From: a phage
DNA length: 49,628 nt
Direction: 5' to 3' (one strand)
Sequence record: PZ721903.1
In this document: piece after piece, positions 1 to 8,891 of the stretch
Position numbering within the stretch: position 1 is the first letter of the stretch
Layout of the letters: every line of letters starts with the position of its first letter
Notes under the pieces: generated by a model
Database searches by the model: none
What the model was told of the DNA's origin: nothing
Seen by the model: the letters and a program-made list of their open reading frames with translations, nothing else
Program-made: the position numbers and the translations under genes

Positions 1-24
1 ATGTTAAACAAAGAGGATGGATTT

Positions 25-549
25 ATGAGTGAACATAAAAACGCTCCCGTTGTTCAGGGAGGTAATTTCAAAGAGCTATACAAGAAAAAGTTCGGCACTG
101 TTCTTGCTAAGAATCGGGCAATGACGCCTGAGCAACTATTCGATCTGTCAGTTAAGTATTTCGAATGGGCTGAAGACAATGCGATCAAGGCTTCTGAGTC
201 TGCCAGCTTTCAGGGTGGCGTTTATGAATCGCTAGTTCATAAGCCGCGCGTCTTCACCTGGACCGGATACCGACTATTCATCGGTGCAAGCGAGGCCGCA
301 ATCATTAAGTGGAAGCGAGAGGAAGAATACAGTGAGGTTATGGAGTTTGTGGAATCGGTAATCAACGAGCAAAAATTCCAGCTTGCCGCCAACGGTGTTA
401 TTAACGCCTCATTTATCGGTAAGGATCTCGGAATCGACAAGCCAGCCTCAATCAATATCGAAAACTCGTCAGCTTCCGCATCGACCGCTGTCGCCACTAC
501 TGAGGACGCAATGAAAGAGGCTGTAAACAGTATTCTTGACATGCTTTAA
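25..549 (+). CDS. terminase small subunit (putative)
   Basis: First gene upstream of the large terminase; ATG at 25 follows RBS aaagagga; the ATG at 1-3 lies inside the junction copy of the palindromic box. Identity from position only. Confidence 0.5.
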   Translation: MSEHKNAPVVQGGNFKELYKKKFGTVLAKNRAMTPEQLFDLSVKYFEWAEDNAIKASESASFQGGVYESLVHKPRVFTWTGYRLFIGASEAAIIKWKREEEYSEVMEFVESVINEQKFQLAANGVINASFIGKDLGIDKPASINIENSSASASTAVATTEDAMKEAVNSILDML

Positions 550-587
550 CGTTACGGGCGCGCAAGCGCCCATACAGGAGAATTGAT

Positions 588-2156
588 ATGATTCAATGGG
601 AAGAACTCGACGCAACTCAGAAGTTGGCGATCAAAAAAATGAGCGAGGCCAATTTCGAAAAAATGATTCGGATCTGGTTTCAGCTTATGCAGGCTCAGCA
701 GTTCCAGCCTAACTGGCATCACCTTTACCTATGTCACGAAGTGGAGGAAATTATTGCAGGCCGACGCGGTAACACTATCTTTAACGTCACGCCAGGCTCC
801 GGTAAAACTGAGGTGTTCTCAATTCACCTTCCGGTGTACGCAATGCTCAAGTGTAAAAAGGTGAGAAACCTTAACGTGTCGTTTGCCGACAGCTTAGTTA
901 AGCGTAACAGTAAGCGTGTCCGTGAGATTATCAGCAGCAACGAATTTCAAGAGCTATGGCCTTGCAAGTTCGGTACATCGAAAGACGAGGAGATGCAGGT
1001 TCTTAATGAAGACGGAAAGGTTTGGTTTGAGCTAATCTCCGCAGCGGCTGGTGGTCGTATTACTGGTTCGCGTGGTGGGTACATGATGCCAGGATTCTCA
1101 GGTATGGTAATGCTCGACGATATCGACAAGCCTGATGATATGTTCTCAAAGGTTAAGCGTGAGCGTACGCACATGCTATTGAAAAACACCATTCGATCCC
1201 GTCGTATGCATAACGAAACGCCAATTATCGCAATTCAGCAGCGACTACATGCTCAGGATTCAACCTGGTTCATGATGAATGGCGGGATGGGTATTGAGTT
1301 TGACCAAATCTCAATCCCGGCGCTGGTGACGGAAGAATACGGAAAGACACTTCCTGATTGGTTGCAGCCTTACTTTGAGCGTGATGTTTTATCGTCTGAG
1401 TATGTAGAATTGGATGGCGTTAAGCATTACTCTTTTTGGCCCAGCAAGGAAAGCGTTCACGACCTGTTAGCCTTGCGAGAAGCTGATCAGTACACCTTTG
1501 ACTCTCAGTATCAGCAGAAGCCGATCGCGCTTGGTGGCTCCGTGTTTAACTCGGAGTGGTGGACCTATTACGGCAGCAGCCTTGACGCTGACGAGCCAGA
1601 TCCTGGTAAATATGATTACCGTTTTATCACAGCAGATACCGCTCAGAAGACGGGTGAGCTAAACGACTACACGGTCTTTTGTTTATGGGGTAAGAAAAAC
1701 GATAAGGTTTACTTTATCGACGGCATTCGCGGCAAGTGGGAAGCGCCTGATATGGAGAAACAATTTACCGCCTTTGTGAATCAGGCATGGAGGCACAATA
1801 AATCAATGGGCGTGCTTCGCAAAATCTACGTGGAAGATAAAGCGAGCGGAACGGGCTTGATTCAGAACTTAAGGAAAAAGACCACGATCTCAATTACACC
1901 ATTGCAACGTAACAAAGATAAAGTTACCCGAGCGATGGATGCGCAGCCAGTTATTAAGGCCGGGCGTGTAGTTCTTCCAGAAGAGCACCCTATGCTTGCG
2001 GAAATCATCGCAGAGCATAGCGCTTTCACATATGATGACACACATCCGCATGATGACATTGTCGATAACTTCATGGATGCGGCGAACATTGAATTGCTGA
2101 CTATTGACGATCCTATTGAGCGAATGAAGCGACTTGCCGGGATGGTTAAGCGGTAA
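588..2156 (+). CDS. terminase large subunit
   Basis: 522 aa; ATPase N-terminal region and C-terminal nuclease-like region (DTAQKTGELNDYTVFCLWG); RBS caggag before the ATG. Confidence 0.85.
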   Translation: MIQWEELDATQKLAIKKMSEANFEKMIRIWFQLMQAQQFQPNWHHLYLCHEVEEIIAGRRGNTIFNVTPGSGKTEVFSIHLPVYAMLKCKKVRNLNVSFADSLVKRNSKRVREIISSNEFQELWPCKFGTSKDEEMQVLNEDGKVWFELISAAAGGRITGSRGGYMMPGFSGMVMLDDIDKPDDMFSKVKRERTHMLLKNTIRSRRMHNETPIIAIQQRLHAQDSTWFMMNGGMGIEFDQISIPALVTEEYGKTLPDWLQPYFERDVLSSEYVELDGVKHYSFWPSKESVHDLLALREADQYTFDSQYQQKPIALGGSVFNSEWWTYYGSSLDADEPDPGKYDYRFITADTAQKTGELNDYTVFCLWGKKNDKVYFIDGIRGKWEAPDMEKQFTAFVNQAWRHNKSMGVLRKIYVEDKASGTGLIQNLRKKTTISITPLQRNKDKVTRAMDAQPVIKAGRVVLPEEHPMLAEIIAEHSAFTYDDTHPHDDIVDNFMDAANIELLTIDDPIERMKRLAGMVKR

Positions 2157-2174
2157 TAAATGAGATATAATCAA

Positions 2175-2200
2175 GGCTGTCAATTGACGGCCTTTTTTAT
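2175..2200 (+). terminator. hairpin + T-run attenuator between terminase and portal, followed by RBS
   Basis: ggctgtcaattgacggcc then tttttt, then tggaggaaacATG. Confidence 0.5.
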
Positions 2201-2210
2201 TGGAGGAAAC

Positions 2211-3494
2211 ATGAAAATTGTTAAACATGATGGATATAACGATATCTTTAACGGCGGCGCGGACGGTTCACCAAAGCCATTTTTTATGTCAGACGCATCA
2301 TATCACGTAGGATCTTTCTATAACGATAACGCAACAGCGAAGCGAATTGTAGATGTGATCCCGGAAGAAATGGTGACGGCTGGATTTAAAATTTCAGGCG
2401 TTAAGGATGAAAAAGAGTTCAAATCTCTGTGGGATAGTTACAAAATTGATCCTAGCTTGGTTGATGCTCTTTGCTGGGCGCGCTTATACGGTGGGGCGGC
2501 TATTGTAGCAATCATTAATGACAACAGAATGCTAACCAGTCCAGTTAAGCCTGGGGCTAAACTTGAAGGTGTGCGTGTTTACGATAGGTTCGCAATTACA
2601 ATCGAAAAAAGAGTAACCAATGCGCGATCGCCTCGCTATGGTGAGCCTGAGATCTATAAGGTGTCACCTGGTGACAATATTCAACCTTACTTAATCCACC
2701 ACACAAGAATTTTCATTGCTGATGGTGAGAGAGTTACCCCTCAGATGAGGAAGCAGAATCAGGGGTGGGGTGCTTCAGTTTTGAATAAGTCACTGATTGA
2801 TGCAATCTGCGACTACGACTATTGCGAATCACTTGCGACTCAGATCCTTCGGCGTAAGCAACAGGCGGTATGGAAGGTCAAAGGTCTTGCCGAAATGTGC
2901 GATGATGACGATGCTCAGTATGCGGCGCGTCTGCGACTTGCTCAGGTTGATGATAACTCCGGCGTAGGCCGCGCGATCGGTATCGATGCTGAGACGGAAG
3001 AATACGATGTTCTAAACTCTGATATCAGCGGAGTACCTGAGTTCTTATCAAGCAAGATGGATCGTATTGTTTCCCTTTCCGGGATTCATGAGATTATCAT
3101 CAAAAATAAGAACGTAGGCGGCGTATCAGCGAGCCAAAACACGGCGCTTGAGACTTTCTATAAGTTGGTAGATCGTAAGCGTGAGGAAGATTACAGGCCG
3201 CTTCTTGAGTTCTTGCTGCCGTTCATTGTTGACGAGCAAGAGTGGTCGATCGAGTTCGAGCCTTTATCTGTTCCGAGCAAGAAAGAGGAATCAGAGATCA
3301 CGAAGAATAACGTTGAGTCGGTTACGAAAGCTATCACTGAGCAAATCATCGATCTGGAAGAGGCTCGCGATACGTTGCGCTCTATCGCCCCTGAGTTTAA
3401 GCTAAAGGACGGTAATAACATCAACATTCGCGAACCGGAAGAGCCAACCGAACCGGAGCCGGGATTAGGGGAGAAGTTAGAAGATGAAAATTAA
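2211..3494 (+). CDS. portal protein
   Basis: Large ORF directly after terminase; start moved to ATG 2211 behind RBS tggagga, which follows a hairpin and T-run at 2175-2198. Confidence 0.75.
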   Translation: MKIVKHDGYNDIFNGGADGSPKPFFMSDASYHVGSFYNDNATAKRIVDVIPEEMVTAGFKISGVKDEKEFKSLWDSYKIDPSLVDALCWARLYGGAAIVAIINDNRMLTSPVKPGAKLEGVRVYDRFAITIEKRVTNARSPRYGEPEIYKVSPGDNIQPYLIHHTRIFIADGERVTPQMRKQNQGWGASVLNKSLIDAICDYDYCESLATQILRRKQQAVWKVKGLAEMCDDDDAQYAARLRLAQVDDNSGVGRAIGIDAETEEYDVLNSDISGVPEFLSSKMDRIVSLSGIHEIIIKNKNVGGVSASQNTALETFYKLVDRKREEDYRPLLEFLLPFIVDEQEWSIEFEPLSVPSKKEESEITKNNVESVTKAITEQIIDLEEARDTLRSIAPEFKLKDGNNINIREPEEPTEPEPGLGEKLEDEN

Positions 3495-4245
3495 TGGCGT
3501 TGCTACTCAGTGGCGCTATCCTGAAATGAGCGAGCGCGCAATGTCGCGCTCCCTACAGGATGTAGCAGCCAAACTAACTGAAAAAATGCGTGACGAATTA
3601 AAGCCTATGAAATTTGATGCTACCGACGAAGAGATAGATCAGGCAGAAAGGTCATTGCTTGATTACGTTGAATCGCTCATCTCGCCGATTATAGGTTCTC
3701 TATCATCCGTTGCGCTCACGATCTATAAATTCAACTCTAAGCAGTGGCTGCGCATCGCTCGCAATGCTGGAGGTAAGAAGAATCAAGCCGTGATGCTACT
3801 TGCCCTGATTGGTCCTACCGCTGACGAAAGCTGGTACTCAGGACAATATAATCTGTGGCGATCGCAGGTTACTACTTCTATCAGGAAATTTGCCGCCAAC
3901 ATGGTTACTGATTTCACTGATAAACTTCGTGCGGCATCCGGTCAGGGTAAAAGCAAGGATTTTGTTGTTGAACTTGCTAAGGAACGATTTGGTATTTACC
4001 GGAACTGGGCCAAAAATAGAGCGTCGGGAATTGTCGGAACATGGAACAGTAGACTGATGCGGCAGCGTGTAAAAGACGCTGGTGTATCTTACTATTTCTG
4101 GCGCGGGGTGATGGATTTACGCGAACGTGAAAAACATGTAAGATGGGAAGGTAAGCGCATAGCGGTAGATTCCGATCACGTATTCCCGGGTGAAGAATAC
4201 AACTGCCGTTGTTGGGCTGTTCCAGACTTTTCCACAGGAGATTAA
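3484..4245 (+). CDS. head morphogenesis protein (Mu F-like / SPP1 gp7-like)
   Basis: C-terminal YFWRGVMDLREREKH...NCRCW resembles the Mu F minor head protein domain; sits after the portal. Confidence 0.65.
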   Translation: MKINGVATQWRYPEMSERAMSRSLQDVAAKLTEKMRDELKPMKFDATDEEIDQAERSLLDYVESLISPIIGSLSSVALTIYKFNSKQWLRIARNAGGKKNQAVMLLALIGPTADESWYSGQYNLWRSQVTTSIRKFAANMVTDFTDKLRAASGQGKSKDFVVELAKERFGIYRNWAKNRASGIVGTWNSRLMRQRVKDAGVSYYFWRGVMDLREREKHVRWEGKRIAVDSDHVFPGEEYNCRCWAVPDFSTGD

Positions 4246-4247
4246 AA

Positions 4248-5360
4248 ATGAAGGCAAAGCAAAGATTCGATTCGGTAAAAATCAAGGCACACTTTGATGA
4301 TAATGGTTTTTTGGTTGATCGCCCCATCGTGGCGAGAATTGGTGCTCAGGTTTACAAGACTCCACACGGCGATCGCGTTGAGTTCCGTCCGGCGTCCGAA
4401 GTTTTCAAGCAAGATTCATTGCAAAGTTTTGCAGGCAAGCCGATTACAGTAGGTCACGTAACGGTAACTCCCCAAAATGCTAAGGATGTTGTTGTCGGAT
4501 CGTGTGCTGGCGCTGGTATTGCTTCAGGGGTTGGCGTTGAAGTTCCTTTGAGTATTTACAGCGACTACGCGATCAGCAAAGCTAAAGCGAAGGAGGCCGG
4601 GGAATTATCTGTAGGGTATACGTCGGTAGATATTGATAAGCCCGGCTGGGGTTCAAATGAGACTGGAGAATATATCTTCGAAGAGGATATGAAACAGGAC
4701 GAAGCGCCGCCTGAAGGTTGGGTGAAATTCGACGCGGTACAGACTAATATCAAGGTCAACCATATTGCCCTAGTTTTTAAAGGTCGTGCGGGAATTGCTA
4801 AATTAAATCTTGATGCCGAACAGGAGTTCCCGTATGATAATAACGTTCAATTAACTAACGAGGACAAGCAAATGAAAAAAATTAAGATCGACTCAGTTGA
4901 TGTGGAAGTAACCGAAGACGTTGCGAACCATATCGAAAAATTAACCGCTCAGATTGCCACCATTCAGGGGAAAGCTGATGGCTTCGAAGCTGAGCGCGAT
5001 GCGCTGAAGGTTAAGGTTGACTCTCTGCCGGAACTTGTGAAGGCCGAGGTAGAGAAGCAAAAAGCCGATGCCGCCGCACGCGCAGAAGTTACCGCAGTAG
5101 CAGAAACCGCAGGCGTCAAACATGATGGTCTTGATATCAAAGACGTCAAGATTGCCGTAGTTAAAGCCATGCTTGATAAAGATGTTAGTGAAAAATCTGA
5201 TGCATATATCGACGCTATGTTTGATGTTGCTAAAGATTCTGATATCATGGCTATTCAGCGTAAAGCAGTAAAAGGCGACTCTATCGAAGGCGGTAAGCCG
5301 GAAGAGAAAAACGACGCCGCGCCTGTTACGCCAAATTCACGTTTAAGCAAAGTAATGTAA
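4248..5360 (+). CDS. head scaffolding / prohead protease-like protein
   Basis: Start at ATG 4248 (RBS ggag); charged, Ala/Lys/Glu-rich coiled-coil-like C-terminal half typical of scaffolds; position between portal and capsid genes. Confidence 0.45.
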   Translation: MKAKQRFDSVKIKAHFDDNGFLVDRPIVARIGAQVYKTPHGDRVEFRPASEVFKQDSLQSFAGKPITVGHVTVTPQNAKDVVVGSCAGAGIASGVGVEVPLSIYSDYAISKAKAKEAGELSVGYTSVDIDKPGWGSNETGEYIFEEDMKQDEAPPEGWVKFDAVQTNIKVNHIALVFKGRAGIAKLNLDAEQEFPYDNNVQLTNEDKQMKKIKIDSVDVEVTEDVANHIEKLTAQIATIQGKADGFEAERDALKVKVDSLPELVKAEVEKQKADAAARAEVTAVAETAGVKHDGLDIKDVKIAVVKAMLDKDVSEKSDAYIDAMFDVAKDSDIMAIQRKAVKGDSIEGGKPEEKNDAAPVTPNSRLSKVM

Positions 5361-5371
5361 GGGGAAATATC

Positions 5372-5848
5372 ATGGCACAAATTAATGCATCTTATCAGCG
5401 AGATATGGCGATTGCGCTTCCGGGTATGGTTGCGGATACTTCAAAGTACAATATTGACGGCGCTTGTGTCGTTAATGAAGGTGATGTTCTTGTTGGCGCT
5501 GCCGTACAAGTTGTTCAAGCTCAGGCGGTTGATGGTCATAAGTTGGTTAAGGCTCTTACTACCGGAACCACTCCTTACGGCGTGGCAATCCGATCTCACT
5601 GGCAGACTGTTAACGCTCAAAATCAGATGATTTACGAAGATGGCGGCGCTATCAACGTGATGACTTCAGGCCGAGTATGGATGCTTTCCAAATCCACCGA
5701 AGCACCAACTTTCGGCTCTGCCGTTAAACTTGATGTTGATGGTCAGGAAAAATCTGATGGCACGATCGAAACAACCTGGACCTACGCTGGCGGTTGGACT
5801 AAATACAAAGATATTCAGCTTGTTGAGGTTCAGTTGCATCAACTGTAA
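5372..5848 (+). CDS. capsid decoration-like protein, paralog A
   Basis: 158 aa; clearly paralogous to the next ORF (DTSKYNIDGACV...TPYG[VI]A[IF]RS...HGRVW); followed by a terminator. Confidence 0.45.
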   Translation: MAQINASYQRDMAIALPGMVADTSKYNIDGACVVNEGDVLVGAAVQVVQAQAVDGHKLVKALTTGTTPYGVAIRSHWQTVNAQNQMIYEDGGAINVMTSGRVWMLSKSTEAPTFGSAVKLDVDGQEKSDGTIETTWTYAGGWTKYKDIQLVEVQLHQL

Positions 5849-5863
5849 TTAGCGTTTAATATG

Positions 5864-5897
5864 GGGACTATCTTTTTTTTGGATAGTCCTTTTTTTA
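5864..5897 (+). terminator. intrinsic terminator/attenuator followed directly by RBS
   Basis: ggactatc / gatagtcc stem with T-rich loop, T7 run, then ATGGAGAAATCattATG. Confidence 0.6.
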
Positions 5898-5910
5898 TGG
5901 AGAAATCATT

Positions 5911-6429
5911 ATGGCTTACGAAAATTTGTTCTTGCGCCCCGCGTGTCCGGGAAATATTTCTGATACTTCAACCTACAATATTGATGGAGCTTGTGTGGCT
6001 CAAGGTGACATTGGGTTCGGCTCAGCGGTTCAGGTTGTAGGCATCGTTGACGGTGTAAAAGTTGTGGCGGCGCTTCCTGATGGTGGAACTCCTTACGGTA
6101 TCGCTTTCCGTTCCCAATATGAACACCTGAGCGGTAAAATCCTTGACGGTGAAGTGTGCAACGTCGTTTCTCACGGTCGCGTATGGACTCTTACTTCTCT
6201 TGGTGAGGCTCCCAGCTTGTTCTCAAAGTTACAGTTTGGGTCTGGTGGAGTTGTTACTGGGGGATCTGGTTCCGCAGGTTGGACATTTGCGGGTGGCTTT
6301 GTTAAGCATGAAGATGGCTACATCATTGAGGTTCAGGTGAAACAAAATGCTTTCATCGCTCCACCGCCACCGCCCCCTGTCGTTCTTGTTGAATCTGCTA
6401 CAATCGCCACTGACAAGGAAAGCCCTTAA
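5911..6429 (+). CDS. capsid decoration-like protein, paralog B, with poly-Pro linker
   Basis: Paralog of 5372..5848 extended by PPPPPP linker and the first strand of a Big_2-like domain; ends at in-frame TAA 6427-6429. Confidence 0.45.
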   Translation: MAYENLFLRPACPGNISDTSTYNIDGACVAQGDIGFGSAVQVVGIVDGVKVVAALPDGGTPYGIAFRSQYEHLSGKILDGEVCNVVSHGRVWTLTSLGEAPSLFSKLQFGSGGVVTGGSGSAGWTFAGGFVKHEDGYIIEVQVKQNAFIAPPPPPPVVLVESATIATDKESP

Positions 6430-6678
6430 CCAAACAATGTTACGATCCAGTGTGTAGCTAATGCTCTTCCGGATAATGCAACCGATAAGACTGGTAAATG
6501 GTCAATCGACGCTACCAATATCGCCACTGTCGATCCGGACTCAGGTCTTGTAACTCCTGTTGGTGGAGAGGTAGTCGGTGATTTCAATATTACCTGGACG
6601 GCTAACGATGCCAGCAAGACGACGGCAACTATTGCTTATCGCGTAGAAGCAGTGCCAACGCCAGAGGTTGATGCATAA
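6430..6678 (+). other. in-frame extension encoding a Big_2-like Ig domain beyond TAA (possible readthrough product or pseudogenised C-terminus)
   Basis: Same frame as 5911..6429; 82 sense codons (PNNVTIQCVANALPDNATDKTGKWSIDATNIATVDPDSGLVTPVGG...TATIAYRVEAV) with no in-frame ATG/GTG/TTG until 8 codons from the end. Confidence 0.5.
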
Positions 6679-6698
6679 CATAAAAACACTTTGACGCT

Positions 6699-6715
6699 TT
6701 AACAAAAAGTGCTAT
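6699..6715. promoter_or_regulatory. palindromic box copy (late region)
   Basis: ttaacaaaaagtgctat; lies between a TTGACG hexamer and attatt, upstream of hairpin 6722. Confidence 0.6.
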
Positions 6716-6721
6716 TATTGA

Positions 6722-6750
6722 AGCCGTGAACATAATCACGGCTTTTTTAT
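6722..6750 (+). terminator. hairpin + T-run upstream of the capsid gene
   Basis: agccgtga-acataa-tcacggct followed by tttttatt; sits just downstream of box copy 6699 and a TTGACG hexamer. Confidence 0.5.
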
Positions 6751-6769
6751 TAACTACGGAGAAGTAATA

Positions 6770-7729
6770 ATGACTACTAAAAAATTTGATGAAGCAGATA
6801 AAAGCAATGTTGAAATGTATCTGATCCAGGCTGGCGTAAAACAGGATGCAGCCGCAACGATGGGTATCTGGACCGCTCAGGAACTACACCGCATCAAGAG
6901 TCAGTCCTATGAAGAAGACTACCCGGTCGGCTCCGCTCTACGAGTATTCCCGGTTACAACCGAACTCTCTCCGACCGACAAGACGTTTGAGTACATGACC
7001 TTTGATAAGGTTGGTACTGCTCAGATTATCGCTGACTATACCGATGACCTGCCTCTGGTTGATGCACTTGGTACTTCTGAATTTGGTAAGGTGTTCCGTT
7101 TGGGTAACGCGTATCTGATCTCAATCGACGAAATCAAAGCAGGTCAGGCAACTGGTCGCCCACTGTCAACCCGTAAGGCGAGCGCGTGCCAGTTGGCGCA
7201 TGATCAGCTTGTTAACCGCCTGGTGTTCAAAGGTTCCGCACCGCACAAGATTGTGTCCGTGTTTAACCATCCGAACATCACTAAAATTACCTCCGGTAAG
7301 TGGATTGATGCATCTACTATGAAGCCGGAAACTGCGGAAGCTGAGCTAACTCAAGCGATCGAAACCATCGAGACGATTACTCGGGGTCAGCACCGCGCAA
7401 CCAACATCCTGATCCCGCCTTCCATGCGTAAGGTTTTGGCGATTCGTATGCCTGAGACAACCATGTCTTATCTGGACTATTTTAAGTCTCAGAACTCCGG
7501 TATCGAAATCGACTCTATCGCAGAGCTTGAGGATATTGACGGCGCAGGCACCAAAGGCGTACTGGTGTACGAAAAGAATCCGATGAACATGTCCATCGAG
7601 ATCCCGGAAGCATTTAATATGCTGCCAGCACAACCGAAAGACTTGCACTTTAAAGTGCCTTGCACTTCTAAGTGTACTGGTCTTACAATTTATCGCCCGA
7701 TGACTATTGTCTTAATCACTGGCGTGTAA
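6770..7729 (+). CDS. major capsid protein (putative)
   Basis: 319 aa ORF with strong RBS ggag in the expected position after scaffold/decoration genes; high-expression context (own promoter/attenuator upstream). Identity from position and size. Confidence 0.6.
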   Translation: MTTKKFDEADKSNVEMYLIQAGVKQDAAATMGIWTAQELHRIKSQSYEEDYPVGSALRVFPVTTELSPTDKTFEYMTFDKVGTAQIIADYTDDLPLVDALGTSEFGKVFRLGNAYLISIDEIKAGQATGRPLSTRKASACQLAHDQLVNRLVFKGSAPHKIVSVFNHPNITKITSGKWIDASTMKPETAEAELTQAIETIETITRGQHRATNILIPPSMRKVLAIRMPETTMSYLDYFKSQNSGIEIDSIAELEDIDGAGTKGVLVYEKNPMNMSIEIPEAFNMLPAQPKDLHFKVPCTSKCTGLTIYRPMTIVLITGV

Positions 7730-7736
7730 TATTATA

Positions 7737-7765
7737 GGGGCTAACTTAGTTAGTCCCTTTTTTAT
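7737..7765 (+). terminator. intrinsic terminator/attenuator followed directly by RBS
   Basis: ggggctaac-tta-gttagtccc stem, ttttttatt, then GGAGAAATCaaaATG. Confidence 0.6.
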
Positions 7766-7778
7766 TGGAGAAATCAAA

Positions 7779-8066
7779 ATGGCTAAAGAAAAAACTGTTG
7801 TTATCGTAAACGTTGGTGTAGCTCTTCAGATGTTCCGTCTTGAAGATGGTTCCTTTGCTAAAGTTCTTCCAGATGAAGAGGTCACGCTTCCGGCGTCCGT
7901 TCTTGATTTACCTGGCCTGCGTTGCTTAATTGCTCGCGAAGAAATCGAAGTTAAAGACGACAGTGCAACCAACCGCAAAATCCGCGCTGAAATGGCAAAG
8001 ATCACTAAGCCAGATCCGTGGGATAGCAAAAGCGTTAAAGAGCTTGAGGACGGCGGCGAATATTAA
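7779..8066 (+). CDS. hypothetical head-module protein
   Basis: 95 aa ORF after a terminator+RBS module (ttttttattGGAGaaatcaaaATG). Confidence 0.5.
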   Translation: MAKEKTVVIVNVGVALQMFRLEDGSFAKVLPDEEVTLPASVLDLPGLRCLIAREEIEVKDDSATNRKIRAEMAKITKPDPWDSKSVKELEDGGEY

Positions 8067-8072
8067 TCATCA

Positions 8073-8097
8073 AGGCGCTCATGTAGCGCCTTTTTTT
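8073..8097 (+). terminator. intrinsic terminator/attenuator followed directly by RBS
   Basis: aggcgct-catgt-agcgcc stem, T7 run, then ATGGGGGTAATTATG. Confidence 0.6.
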
Positions 8098-8109
8098 ATG
8101 GGGGTAATT

Positions 8110-8520
8110 ATGAATCAAGAAACTTTAATTGCAGCTGTTGAGCAAATGCGAAAGCTGGTTCCGGCACTTCGTAAGGTTCCAGACGAAACGCTTTATGCGT
8201 GGGTAGAAATGGCTGAGCTTTTTGTATGCCAGAAGACCTTTAAAGACGCATACGTCAAAGCGATCGCTCTTTATGCATTACACCTTGCTTTCCTTGATGG
8301 GGCGCTAAAAGGTGAAGATGAGGATCTGGAATCGTACTCACGCCGCGTTACGTCATTCTCACTGAGCGGTGAATTTAGCCAGACTTTCGGAGAGGTTACG
8401 AAGAACCAGTCAGGGAACATGATGCTTTCTACGCCGTGGGGTAAGATGTTCGAACAGCTTAAAGCGAGACGCCGTGGTAGATTCGCATTAATGACAGGAC
8501 TCCGTGGAGGATGCCACTAA
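8110..8520 (+). CDS. head-tail connector / adaptor (putative)
   Basis: Start at ATG 8110 behind ggggg RBS after terminator 8073-8097; position between capsid and tail genes. Confidence 0.45.
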   Translation: MNQETLIAAVEQMRKLVPALRKVPDETLYAWVEMAELFVCQKTFKDAYVKAIALYALHLAFLDGALKGEDEDLESYSRRVTSFSLSGEFSQTFGEVTKNQSGNMMLSTPWGKMFEQLKARRRGRFALMTGLRGGCH

Positions 8521-8891
8521 TGAACTACTCACAGATTGAAAGAATGGCTCGCAAAGGCGTGGCTTTCTTCACCGATCCGTCAAGACCTATGAACCTGATA
8601 AAACAAGGTGAATACGGATATGATGAAAACGGATTCGAGATCCCACCGATGGAACAGGTTATTCCAATATCCGGCGCGACGAGAAGACCGAACGCGCGTG
8701 AGATTGACGGGGAAACTATCCGCGCCTCAGATATTTTGGGGATCTTCAATAATGATCATGAAATAAACGAAGGTGACTATATAGAGATTGATGGCATTCG
8801 TCATGTTGTCGTTGATGCTCGCCCGGTTCAGGCGTCACTGGAACCAGTTGCCTATCGTCCAGTGTTGCGGAGGGTATCAGTCGGTGGCTAA
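8520..8891 (+). CDS. head closure / neck protein (putative)
   Basis: Start at ATG 8520 (RBS ggagg at 8506-8510); gene order. Confidence 0.4.
   Translation: MNYSQIERMARKGVAFFTDPSRPMNLIKQGEYGYDENGFEIPPMEQVIPISGATRRPNAREIDGETIRASDILGIFNNDHEINEGDYIEIDGIRHVVVDARPVQASLEPVAYRPVLRRVSVGG

Noticed and set aside
1-24. ATG at position 1 as the start of the first gene
   Set aside because: These bases complete the junction copy of the palindromic box; the RBS aaagagga points to ATG 25.
237-542. 101-aa - strand ORF within the terminase small-subunit region
   Set aside because: Antisense to the first late gene; the whole 1-21 kb module is otherwise transcribed rightward.
8788-8883. Upstream ATG start (8788) for the HK97 gp10-like gene
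   Set aside because: It would overlap the preceding gene by about 100 nt; GTG 8884 with RBS ggaggg gives the usual short overlap. The true start remains uncertain.
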